DNA of 62,121 nucleotides, taken from NCBI GenBank assembly GCA_017881315.1, contig JADGRB010000002.1, forward strand, positions 1 through 62,121. Direction: 5' to 3'. A program made the position numbers and the translations under genes. This document shows, piece after piece, positions 9,441 to 17,278 of this stretch. Position 1 is the first letter of the stretch; the number at the start of each line of letters is the position of its first letter. The stretch comes from Pseudomonadota bacterium. Its GTDB lineage: Bacteria > Myxococcota_A > Polyangia > Fen-1088. The notes beneath the pieces are model-generated. The model was not told where the DNA came from and did no database searches. It saw nothing but the letters and a program-made list of their open reading frames with translations.

Positions 9441-10055
9441 CTACTCGGCGACCACGACGTCTCCGTCTTTGAGGCGGAAACTGGTGGCGTGCGGCTCGGC
9501 GGCGGTCAGGTCGCGGGCCTTGAAGCGAATCCGCTGCGACCCCGAGCTGTCGGAACGAATGACGAAGATCTTGTCTCCGTTGGCGAACTCGTTCAGCCAA
9601 CCGGCCGCGGCCAGCGCCGCGAGGACCCCACGGCCGCGCTGCAGCTCGTAGGAGCCGGGCGTGCGAACCTCGCCCACCACGTTGACCCGGACCGACGCGA
9701 TCTTGATGATCGAGACCGTCACCTCGGGCTTGGTCAAGAGATCCTTGAGCCGAGCCTGCAGGTCGGCCGCGACCACCTCGGTGGTCTTGCCCGCCACGCT
9801 GATGGTCCCCAGCGTCGGTTGCAGGTATTCGCCGTGATCGCCGACGGGGAATTCCCCCGAGAGCGCGGTCTGGTTCCGAACCGAGACCAAGATGGTGTCC
9901 CGGTTCTCGATGGTCCCCCGGCTGCTGTCGTCGCCGGCCGGCAGGTTCTCGACCCAGGTGTAGGGACGCTCGGTGGTGGCGCATCCCAGCGCCGAGACCA
10001 GGGCCAGGCCCGCGGCCCAGCGGAGGCTGGCCATATGCTTGGTCGGGGATCGCAT
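9441..10055 (-). CDS. polysaccharide export lipoprotein, short OPX (Poly_export + one SLBB-like domain)
   Basis: 204 aa from the ATG at 10055. Lipobox LVSALGC. Other blocks: ILVSVRNQTALSGEFPVGDHGEYLQPTLGTISVAGKT, VNVVGEVRTPGSYEL, KDGDVVVAE. The ATG overlaps the upstream stop (ATGA). Confidence 0.85.
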   Translation of the reverse strand: MRSPTKHMASLRWAAGLALVSALGCATTERPYTWVENLPAGDDSSRGTIENRDTILVSVRNQTALSGEFPVGDHGEYLQPTLGTISVAGKTTEVVAADLQARLKDLLTKPEVTVSIIKIASVRVNVVGEVRTPGSYELQRGRGVLAALAAAGWLNEFANGDKIFVIRSDSSGSQRIRFKARDLTAAEPHATSFRLKDGDVVVAE

Positions 10056-12052
10056 CAGAACCGATCGCGCCTGCGATCGCGCGTCGAGGTCGCCCGGGAC
10101 ACCACCGTGGCCCCCAGGGTCTGGGAGATCAGACGCCGCGCTTCGCGCAAGACGATCACGATCGACGCGAGCAGCAGCCCGAACAGCAGTCCCAGGCCGC
10201 CGCGCAGCCCGAGGGTGTTCCACTTCTTGGCCCGGTCGAGCCGGGGCGGGGTCAGATCGTAGCGAGACTCCGCCGAGACCTTCTCGAGGTTCAGCTGAAT
10301 CTCGGCCTGCTTCAACTTCGTGAAGAGATCTCCGTGCAGCTGCTTGGTGGAGTCCTGCTTGTGATCGAGCTCGGACAGATGCTGCTCCACCCGGGGCAGA
10401 TCCTGCACGACCCGACGGACCTGACCGAGGCTGCCATCGGTCTCGCCCAGGCTGGCGCGGGCCGCCGCCAGCTCCGCTTGCAGCTTCTCGACCCGACTCT
10501 GAGCCTGCTGATAGTTGGGGTCCGATTCGCGCATCGCGGTCGGCGTCGCCGTCTGCATCTCTTCCTGGGCGAGCGCCTGAACGCGCTGCTTCTCGTCCTT
10601 GAGCTGCTGAACCTCCGGGTGGCCGTCCTTGAGGCCGCGGGCGTACGCTTCGCTCAATTTCTTGTCGATCTCCGTCAAGGACTGTCGGTACGACTCGGAC
10701 CACTGAAATTTCCTCTGGGCCTCGGGCCGGTTACTCTTGAGCTGGCCGAGCTCGGCGTTCAGCTCCCCCTGCAGCTGGTGAACCTGAGCCGAGAGCGTGG
10801 CCCGGCGAGTCTCCAGCTCGAACCGGCTGCTGTGGGTCAGCTCGGAGTCCTCCGGCAGCCGGTCGGCGTTGGCCTCCCGAAAGCCGGCGCGCTGATCGCT
10901 GATGTGCTCCAGATCCTTCTCGACCGACTTCAGCTGATCGCGGAGGAAGTCGACCTTGGCGGAGAGCTCGCGCAACGACTTGCCGATCTCCCACTGGATG
11001 TAGTTCTGCAGGTGGAGGGTCAGGAATTCCAGCGGCGGTGGCCGAGAGTTGGCCTTGTCCTTGTAGGTGGCGCGGAACACGTGATCGCCCGTCTCCTCTA
11101 CCTTTAGTTTGCCCATCACCGCACCAATTTGGCCCTCGACGGGATCGTGTCCGTAGAGCGTCCGCAGCGTAGTCCGGATGAGATCGCGCTGGAGGAGCGC
11201 GCGCTCCGCCCCTTTGACGAATTGAAACGAATCCTGATCGATGTTTTGCCAGCGATCCTCGGCCTGGGGGGCGGACAAGGTCATGTGGGGCAAGAGCTTG
11301 ATCTCGCCGACCGCCGCGACGCCGGGAGGCGACACCAGGATCGAGAGGATCCCCAGCGTGAGGCCGACCGCCGCGAAGGCGGCGATGATCAGCCGGCGGT
11401 CGCGCACGAACCCGTAGACCGCCGCGATCTTGCGGACGATGTCCGCGAGCGACGGCTCTTCTTCGACCCTCGGTTGCGCCGGGTAGGCGTGCGCCGGCGA
11501 CGCCGACATCCTGGGGACGATCATGGGCGGTCTGGTCGTGACCAGCGCCGTGCTCCGTCCGGTCGCCACCCGCTTGAAGGAGTCGGGCAACCGGACCGTC
11601 GCGTTGGTAGGACGGTCGAGCAGAAACAGGAATTCCACGCTGCCGATCGTCACATGATCGCTGTTGCGCAACCCCGACCGCGTGACCCGCTTTCCGCCCA
11701 CGAACGTCCCGTTGGTCGAGTCGAGATCGACGATCTCGAAGCCTTCGGCGCGGTGGATGATCCGCGCGTGGTTCTGGGACACCGAGCCATCGGGGACCTT
11801 CACGTCCGCGTCGTCGGCGCGACCGATGAGGATGACGTTGCGCTTGAGCGCGTAGATCCGCCCCGGCTGATTGCCGGTGAACAGAACGACGTAAGCCAGC
11901 GCCTCGCCCGAGGTCACCGCCCGTTCCAGCTCAGCATCGAGACCCGCGCCCGATGCTGGTGGGTCCCTACCGTCCGCCGCCCGCTCCCAGGCCATGTTGG
12001 TGAAATCGCATAGCTTACCGACGGGCAATATAACACCGGGTACCGGGTGCAT
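10055..12052 (-). CDS. FHA domain fused to a polysaccharide co-polymerase (Wzc/PCP-like) lacking a kinase domain
   Basis: About 665 aa. FHA hallmarks are LIGR, SQNH and STNGT. These are followed by TM1 (LIIAAFAAVGLTLGILSILV), a long coiled-coil-rich periplasmic region, TM2 (GLLFGLLLASIVIVL) and a 30-aa tail. No Walker A. The start is ambiguous (TTG 12055, ATG 12052, ATG 11995). Confidence 0.8.
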   Translation of the reverse strand: MHPVPGVILPVGKLCDFTNMAWERAADGRDPPASGAGLDAELERAVTSGEALAYVVLFTGNQPGRIYALKRNVILIGRADDADVKVPDGSVSQNHARIIHRAEGFEIVDLDSTNGTFVGGKRVTRSGLRNSDHVTIGSVEFLFLLDRPTNATVRLPDSFKRVATGRSTALVTTRPPMIVPRMSASPAHAYPAQPRVEEEPSLADIVRKIAAVYGFVRDRRLIIAAFAAVGLTLGILSILVSPPGVAAVGEIKLLPHMTLSAPQAEDRWQNIDQDSFQFVKGAERALLQRDLIRTTLRTLYGHDPVEGQIGAVMGKLKVEETGDHVFRATYKDKANSRPPPLEFLTLHLQNYIQWEIGKSLRELSAKVDFLRDQLKSVEKDLEHISDQRAGFREANADRLPEDSELTHSSRFELETRRATLSAQVHQLQGELNAELGQLKSNRPEAQRKFQWSESYRQSLTEIDKKLSEAYARGLKDGHPEVQQLKDEKQRVQALAQEEMQTATPTAMRESDPNYQQAQSRVEKLQAELAAARASLGETDGSLGQVRRVVQDLPRVEQHLSELDHKQDSTKQLHGDLFTKLKQAEIQLNLEKVSAESRYDLTPPRLDRAKKWNTLGLRGGLGLLFGLLLASIVIVLREARRLISQTLGATVVSRATSTRDRRRDRF

Positions 12053-12105
12053 CAACGGACCCTGGTGCTGTTTTATTTTCTAGTTTTATCCACTACCCAC
12101 CTCGC

Positions 12106-12140
12106 CACCTATTCAGCTATTCCACCTATTCACCTATTCA
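12106..12140 (-). promoter_or_regulatory. three direct repeats of CACCTATTCA (plus-strand spelling) upstream of the FHA-PCP gene
   Basis: Copies at 12106-12115, 12123-12132 and 12131-12140. They straddle the kinase stop codon and are followed on the minus strand by an AT-rich stretch (12066-12090). Confidence 0.3.
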
Positions 12141-13807
12141 CCTTGGCGGCGGGCCGACGCCTCCAACCCAATCTTGGCGCTTTGGCCACTCTTGCCAATC
12201 TTACGGTGCTGGGCGATCCCGAGGGTGATCACCAGCGCCAGCATCGCCAGCGACGCCCAGAGCAGGAGCGACCGGCCCCCGCTCCCCTTGAGCCAATGCT
12301 TGGCCACCCCCAGGCTCCTCCCGAGCCGGCGCTTGGCCACCCCCAGGCTTCCCTCGAGCCAGCGCTTCGCCACCACGGAAGGGGGAACCCGCTCCGGGAC
12401 GATCAGAATGGTCTTCGAGAATTTTTTCTCGGTGGGGGCGGGCGCCGCGCTGATCACCACCGTGGGGTGCGCGCCCGACGTCGGCGCCGAGACCGCTTCG
12501 GCAACCGCGGCGTCCATCCGGCGGCGGCGCTCGATATCCGCGTCGATGACCTCGCGGCGCATGTATTCGCCGACCGCCGCGGGCGAGACCAGGAGATCGT
12601 TCTCGACGCCGATCCGGAGCAGGGTCTGCGCCATCTCGCCGGCGCTGGCCGGCCGCCCTTGCCGATCGCGGCTCAACGCCCGCAGGCAGATCTGGTCCAG
12701 ACAGGCCGGGGCCCCGAAGGCGCTGGGCGGCTCGATCTCCTTGCGCAGCACGTTCGCGATGATCTGATCATGATCTTCGGCGGCGAACAGCTCGCGGCCG
12801 GCCAGCGCGGTCCACATCATGGTGCCCACCGCGAAGAGGTCGGTGCGGGCATCGAGCGGTTCGAGCAGGACCTGCTCGGGCGCCATGTAGGCCGGCTTGC
12901 CCAGCGTCATCGGATCGGGCGTCCCGGTCTCGCCGAGGCCGGTGAAGCGCGCGCTGCCGAAGTCGGTCAGGCGCGCGACGCCGTCGGTGCCCACCAGCAC
13001 GTTGGGCGCCGAGACATCGCCGTGGACCAGCCCCAGCCACCTCCCTTCTTCGTCGGTGATCTCGTGCGCGCGCTGCAGCCCGCGCAGCACGTCGATCAGG
13101 ATCGAGAGCAGCACGCCGGGCGGGACGCGCCGACCGAAGGAGATCTCCTCCAGGCTGGTCCCCTCGATGTACTGGAGCACCAGGTAGGGTTGGTTCTTGT
13201 ACATGCCGACGTCGACGAGCGACTGCATGTTGGGGTGGTCGAGCAGCACGCCCACCCGGATCTCACGCAGGAAGGATTTCTCGGCCACCTGCTCCTGCCC
13301 GGATCCCTGACGGATGACCTTGAGCGCGAACAGACGTCTGAACCCGGCCGCGCCGGTCCGACGGCAGACGTACACGGAGCCCATCCCCCCCTGGCCGAGC
13401 CGCGAGGCGACCTCGTAGGGCCCCACCCGGAAGAACGGCTCGCCGCTGGTGCCCCGGATGGTGACCTCGGCGGTCTCGACGGGAACCAGCATCCGCCGGT
13501 TGCACAGCGACCGCAGGTGTTGCGCGGTCGCTTCTTCGGACAGGCCAGCCAGCCGCGCCAGTCGCGACACCGAAAGACGCCCGTCCACCAGACCCAGCAG
13601 CAGCCGTTCCTCCGCGCGCATGCCCGGCAACACGACCGTGCCGCCCGCGACTGCCAACCCCGCGGGAAGCTCGCGTCCTCCCTCCGCGACGGCGGGATCG
13701 GCCCGCGAGATCACCCGGGGCGCGAGCGTGAAGACCGTGGTCCGTCGGATCACGAGCCCGTGCGGTTCAGTCTCGCCCGGGCGCTGCGGGTCTGGCGGCA
13801 CTACCAT
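12134..13807 (-). CDS. Hanks-type Ser/Thr protein kinase, membrane-anchored
   Basis: 557 aa. Motifs: LGQGGMGSVY, FALKVIR, catalytic loop VHGDVSAPN (variant of HRDxKxxN), LTDFGSA, YMAPEQ. C-terminal TM is SLLLWASLAMLALVITLGIA. Confidence 0.9.
   Translation of the reverse strand: MVVPPDPQRPGETEPHGLVIRRTTVFTLAPRVISRADPAVAEGGRELPAGLAVAGGTVVLPGMRAEERLLLGLVDGRLSVSRLARLAGLSEEATAQHLRSLCNRRMLVPVETAEVTIRGTSGEPFFRVGPYEVASRLGQGGMGSVYVCRRTGAAGFRRLFALKVIRQGSGQEQVAEKSFLREIRVGVLLDHPNMQSLVDVGMYKNQPYLVLQYIEGTSLEEISFGRRVPPGVLLSILIDVLRGLQRAHEITDEEGRWLGLVHGDVSAPNVLVGTDGVARLTDFGSARFTGLGETGTPDPMTLGKPAYMAPEQVLLEPLDARTDLFAVGTMMWTALAGRELFAAEDHDQIIANVLRKEIEPPSAFGAPACLDQICLRALSRDRQGRPASAGEMAQTLLRIGVENDLLVSPAAVGEYMRREVIDADIERRRRMDAAVAEAVSAPTSGAHPTVVISAAPAPTEKKFSKTILIVPERVPPSVVAKRWLEGSLGVAKRRLGRSLGVAKHWLKGSGGRSLLLWASLAMLALVITLGIAQHRKIGKSGQSAKIGLEASARRQGE
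12293..12391. repeat. 33-nt tandem repeat (about 2.5-3 copies) inside the kinase gene
   Basis: Units are ccaatgcttggccacccccaggctcctcccgag, ccggcgcttggccacccccaggcttccctcgag and a degenerate third. They encode VAKRWLEGSLG / VAKRRLGRSLG / VAKHWLKGSGG just before the TM segment. Confidence 0.8.
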
Positions 13808-13863
13808 CGTCTCTGCTCCAGCGGAGCCGACATCCTACTCCGTTCGCGACCACCAGGCAGCGA

Positions 13864-14877
13864 TCACCCGGCCCCGCTCGGACCTTTGTACTCGATGAGG
13901 CCGCCCTTGCGGCCGGTGGTCCGGTTGATCCAGTAGGTCGCCTGTCCCAGCGCCTGCGGAACCTTTCCGATCGCGCAGAAGAACGCCCCGAGGCGCGCGT
14001 CCTCGATCGAGACACCCCGGCGCCGCAGGTCACGATAGACCCGCGCCCCGAGGACGCCGTAGGCGGTCAGCAGGCCGAGCCCCAGGCCGCCGGTCGGCGC
14101 CGCGACCCCGAGCGCCACGGCCGGCAACGCCAGGCCCCAGGCCCAGTTGCTGCGGGTCTCTCTCACCCAGTGCCGCTCGGCCCCGCTTCCGTGACGGGCC
14201 GCCCCTTCGGCGTACGCATGCCCGGCCCGCACCGACCGCTTCCACCACTGCCCGACGCGGGTCATGTCGGCGTCGTGCATCGTCATCTCCGCGTCGATCC
14301 GCGACACCTTCCAGCCCCGTCGTCGCATGCGCAGGCAGAGATCGGGCTCTTCGCCCGCGATGAGCGAGGCGTCGTAGCCGTCGACGGCGCGCACCGCCTC
14401 GGCCCGCATGAGCGCGTCGCCGCCGCAGGCCTCCGCGGGACCAACCGGCGTGTCCCACTCCAGATCGCAGAGGCGGTTGTAGATCGATCGGTCGGGATAC
14501 CGCTCGCGACGGCGGCCGCACACCACGCCGAGCTGCGTGTCGGCGCCGAGCTCGCGTTCGGCCCGCGCCAACCACCCCGCCACCACCTCGCAGTCGCCGT
14601 CGACGAACTGCACCAGCTCCAGGTTCGGCGCCGCCTCCGAGAGGCGGGCGAACCCGGCGTTGCGCGCGCGCGCGGCGGTGAACGGAACCGCGCGATCGAG
14701 CTCGACCACCAGGACGCCCAGGCCGCGCGCCATCTCGACGCTGCCGTCGGTCGATCCGGAATCCACATAGACCACCGTCCCGGCTTTCCCGATCTGCCCG
14801 ACCAGCGAGCCGAGACAGCGCCGCAGACGCTCCCCTTCGTTCCGGCCAATGGCCACCGCGCCCAGGCGGTCGCTCAC
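13864..14877 (-). CDS. glycosyltransferase family 2
   Basis: GTG at 14877 overlaps the upstream stop (GTGA). Blocks: VAIGRNEGERL, VVYVDSGSTDGS, FVDGDCEV, GGDALMR. C-terminal TM helices. Confidence 0.8.
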   Translation of the reverse strand: MSDRLGAVAIGRNEGERLRRCLGSLVGQIGKAGTVVYVDSGSTDGSVEMARGLGVLVVELDRAVPFTAARARNAGFARLSEAAPNLELVQFVDGDCEVVAGWLARAERELGADTQLGVVCGRRRERYPDRSIYNRLCDLEWDTPVGPAEACGGDALMRAEAVRAVDGYDASLIAGEEPDLCLRMRRRGWKVSRIDAEMTMHDADMTRVGQWWKRSVRAGHAYAEGAARHGSGAERHWVRETRSNWAWGLALPAVALGVAAPTGGLGLGLLTAYGVLGARVYRDLRRRGVSIEDARLGAFFCAIGKVPQALGQATYWINRTTGRKGGLIEYKGPSGAG

Positions 14878-15542
14878 GAGGCGGTTATCCTGGCACCCCC
14901 CACGCGCGTGACCCGAGCCGGAATGCCCACGGCCACCGCCTCTGCCGGGATGTCGTCGCACACCACGGCGTTGGCGCCGATCTGCGCGCCGTCCCCGATG
15001 CGCACCGCGCCGAGCACCTTGGCCCCCGCGCCCACGACCACCCGGTTGCCGAGCCGGGGCGCATCGAACGGGCGATCCAGGCGCCGGTTCCCGAGCGTCA
15101 CGTTCTGCCGGATGACGCAGTCGTCGCCGATCTCGGTATGCCCGTGGATGACGATGCCGCTCTGGTGCTCGATGACGACCCGACGGCCGACGCGCGCCGT
15201 GTAAGGCAGCTCGATGCCGTAGATGTTGCGGACGCGCCGGAAGAGATAGCGGTAGAGCACGCTGAGCGGCGCCCGCAGGACCCTGGGACCGATCCCCATT
15301 CTCCAGGTGCCGAAGCGGTGAACGGCGATCGCCTGGAAACCTGGTCGCGTCACATCGCGCCCATGCGAATTCCAATCCTCCACCAGCATGTCGATCAGGT
15401 TGAGCGATTGCGCCCCGGGCGCGCTGCCCGCCCACGGACCATCTAGAAGTCGACCATGCATATCAATCACATACTCATCCCGAGTGCCGCCGGCTAGGTC
15501 GGTGTCGATTTTCCCACCAGACCGAAACACGACGAACCTCAT
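14874..15542 (-). CDS. serine-acetyltransferase-like (left-handed beta-helix) O-acetyltransferase
   Basis: N-terminal LIDMLVEDWNSHGRDVTRPGFQAIAVHRFGTW, then hexapeptide repeats (IGDDCVIRQNVTLG, VVVGAGAKVLGAVRIGDGAQIGANAVV). The true start may be internal (MHGRLL or MLVEDW). Confidence 0.75.
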   Translation of the reverse strand: MRFVVFRSGGKIDTDLAGGTRDEYVIDMHGRLLDGPWAGSAPGAQSLNLIDMLVEDWNSHGRDVTRPGFQAIAVHRFGTWRMGIGPRVLRAPLSVLYRYLFRRVRNIYGIELPYTARVGRRVVIEHQSGIVIHGHTEIGDDCVIRQNVTLGNRRLDRPFDAPRLGNRVVVGAGAKVLGAVRIGDGAQIGANAVVCDDIPAEAVAVGIPARVTRVGGARITAS

Positions 15543-15619
15543 AGCACGATCGCGTTCGTCGGCGCCGACTCATCCATTGGTGCGGCGTGCCAGGACCACG
15601 CGTCGTGCGATCCGGCGGC

Positions 15620-15649
15620 TTGACAGGCTTGTCGGCCGACTCCTATATG
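15620..15649 (+). promoter_or_regulatory. sigma70-like promoter candidate (TTGACA-N17/18-cTATATg)
   Basis: Perfect -35 TTGACA at 15620-15625. The -10-like TATAT at 15644-15648 abuts candidate start codons at 15647 and 15659. Confidence 0.25.
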
Positions 15650-17278
15650 GTTGCCGGAATGACCGCCTCGGGCTCTGGGCCACCCGGCCGCGAGGTCAGC
15701 GTTCCGGCGCGCGGCGATCGGACCGCGATCGTGGCGATGACGCTGGGCGTGATGGCCGTGGCCGCCCTGGCGGCGGGTTTGTTTCTGCCCCATCAAGCGT
15801 TGTGGATCGACGAGACGACGCAACTCAGCGGCCTCAGTCTCTCGCCCCCGGCGTTGGTTCAGTGGCTAGCCCATCCGGCCGCACACGATTTCGGTGTCCC
15901 CGCCGACCGGATGCCGCCGCTGTCCTACTGGCTCGGATGGCTCTGGTCCCGTCTGTTTGGATTGAACGAGCACTCGTTGCGCGTCTTCGGGCTGATCTGT
16001 GTCGCGGGCGCCGCGGCCCTGGTCGCGTCGGCGGCTCGCCGGGCGTTCGGTCTCGCCGCCGGCCTTTGCGCCGGGCTGTTTCTGGCGCTCTCGCCCAACG
16101 TCTGCGTCACCGCCGTCGAGATCCGCGCCTATCCGCTGTTTCTGCTCACCACGGCCGGCTGCTTGCGCGCGCTGGTCCTGCTGCTGGAGCCGCCTTCGCC
16201 GACCGCCAGCCGCAGGTCCTGGATCGTGCTCGGGGCGTGGTTGATAGCTGGGATGTACACGCACTTCCTGGGGGCGCTCCTGGCGGGGGTGGTGGTGCTC
16301 GCGCTGGCGGTCGACCGCCTCATCAAACGGTCTTCGCTGCGCCCGGTGATCGCGCTGGCGACCGTCGTCGCGATCGGCGTCGCGGGGCTGGTGCCGTTCG
16401 TGATCGCGTCGATCGGCCTGTCCGCCGCCACCGCGCGGGATCGGGTGCACGAGGTCGTCCAGCTCGTGTATCGGCTGATCGGGCACCCCGCGATGTCGGT
16501 GTTCCCGTGGGCGATCGTGCTGGCGTTCGGCGCGGCGGCGGTTCTGGTGTGTGCGGCCTGGTCATTGCCGCGCCAACCGCGGCGTCTGTTTCAGCTGGTC
16601 GCCCTGATGCTGGTGAGTGGGATCGCGATCTCTGCCGCCGCCAACTTCGTGGTGGCCGGCTTCACGGCGGCCAAGGTCAGCTATTCGACCTGGGCGTTGC
16701 CCCTGATCGCCTTCGTGTTGTCGGCGCCCCTGGCGCTGCCGAAGGGACGGTGGTCGCCGGCGGTCCTGGCGGCGGCGGTCGTGTTCGCGATTTGCGAGGG
16801 GACCGGGATCGGCGAGCTCGCCTGGCACGGCGAGTACTTCGCGCACGGACCGCAAAATCACCTGCAGCAGATCCTCGACAAGCTCCAGCGCCAGCATCCG
16901 GCGGTGGTGTACGCCGATCCGGTCGACGACTACGCCGCGGCGTACTTTCCGCTGCGATTCGCCAACGGTCCCGCGCTGGCTCAGTTCGTCTTCGCCGACG
17001 CCGGCGATCGGCCGCCGCTGGGGATCCCGATCGGTTTGCCGGCGGAAACCTGGCGGGAGCGGCTGCGAGGTTATTCACACCTGGTGGTGGTGCGCTCCAG
17101 GGCACAGAACGCCCGCCAGCTGGTCGATCAGATCCGGCACGGCGATCACCCCTTCGACGAGAGCCGCTTGATCACGGCGCTGGAGTCGTCGAGACAATGG
17201 CGCCCGCAGGAGCACGAGCTGTTCGTCTCGTTCGTCGCGGCCGACGTGACGGTGCTGGCGCGCACCGGTCCCGACTAG
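15647..17278 (+). CDS. GT-C fold glycosyltransferase (GT39/PMT_2/ArnT-like), polyprenyl-phosphate-sugar dependent
   Basis: Multi-pass membrane protein. The first extracytoplasmic loop carries LWIDETTQ. C-terminal soluble domain. The ORF opens at 15587; starts at 15647 and 15659 are equally possible. Confidence 0.65.
   Translation: MVAGMTASGSGPPGREVSVPARGDRTAIVAMTLGVMAVAALAAGLFLPHQALWIDETTQLSGLSLSPPALVQWLAHPAAHDFGVPADRMPPLSYWLGWLWSRLFGLNEHSLRVFGLICVAGAAALVASAARRAFGLAAGLCAGLFLALSPNVCVTAVEIRAYPLFLLTTAGCLRALVLLLEPPSPTASRRSWIVLGAWLIAGMYTHFLGALLAGVVVLALAVDRLIKRSSLRPVIALATVVAIGVAGLVPFVIASIGLSAATARDRVHEVVQLVYRLIGHPAMSVFPWAIVLAFGAAAVLVCAAWSLPRQPRRLFQLVALMLVSGIAISAAANFVVAGFTAAKVSYSTWALPLIAFVLSAPLALPKGRWSPAVLAAAVVFAICEGTGIGELAWHGEYFAHGPQNHLQQILDKLQRQHPAVVYADPVDDYAAAYFPLRFANGPALAQFVFADAGDRPPLGIPIGLPAETWRERLRGYSHLVVVRSRAQNARQLVDQIRHGDHPFDESRLITALESSRQWRPQEHELFVSFVAADVTVLARTGPD

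Noticed and set aside
12293-12391. The tandem repeats here and at 30697..30800, checked as possible CRISPR arrays or minisatellite non-coding elements.
   Set aside because: The units are contiguous with no spacers. They are in frame inside well-supported genes and encode sensible peptide repeats. No cas genes are present.
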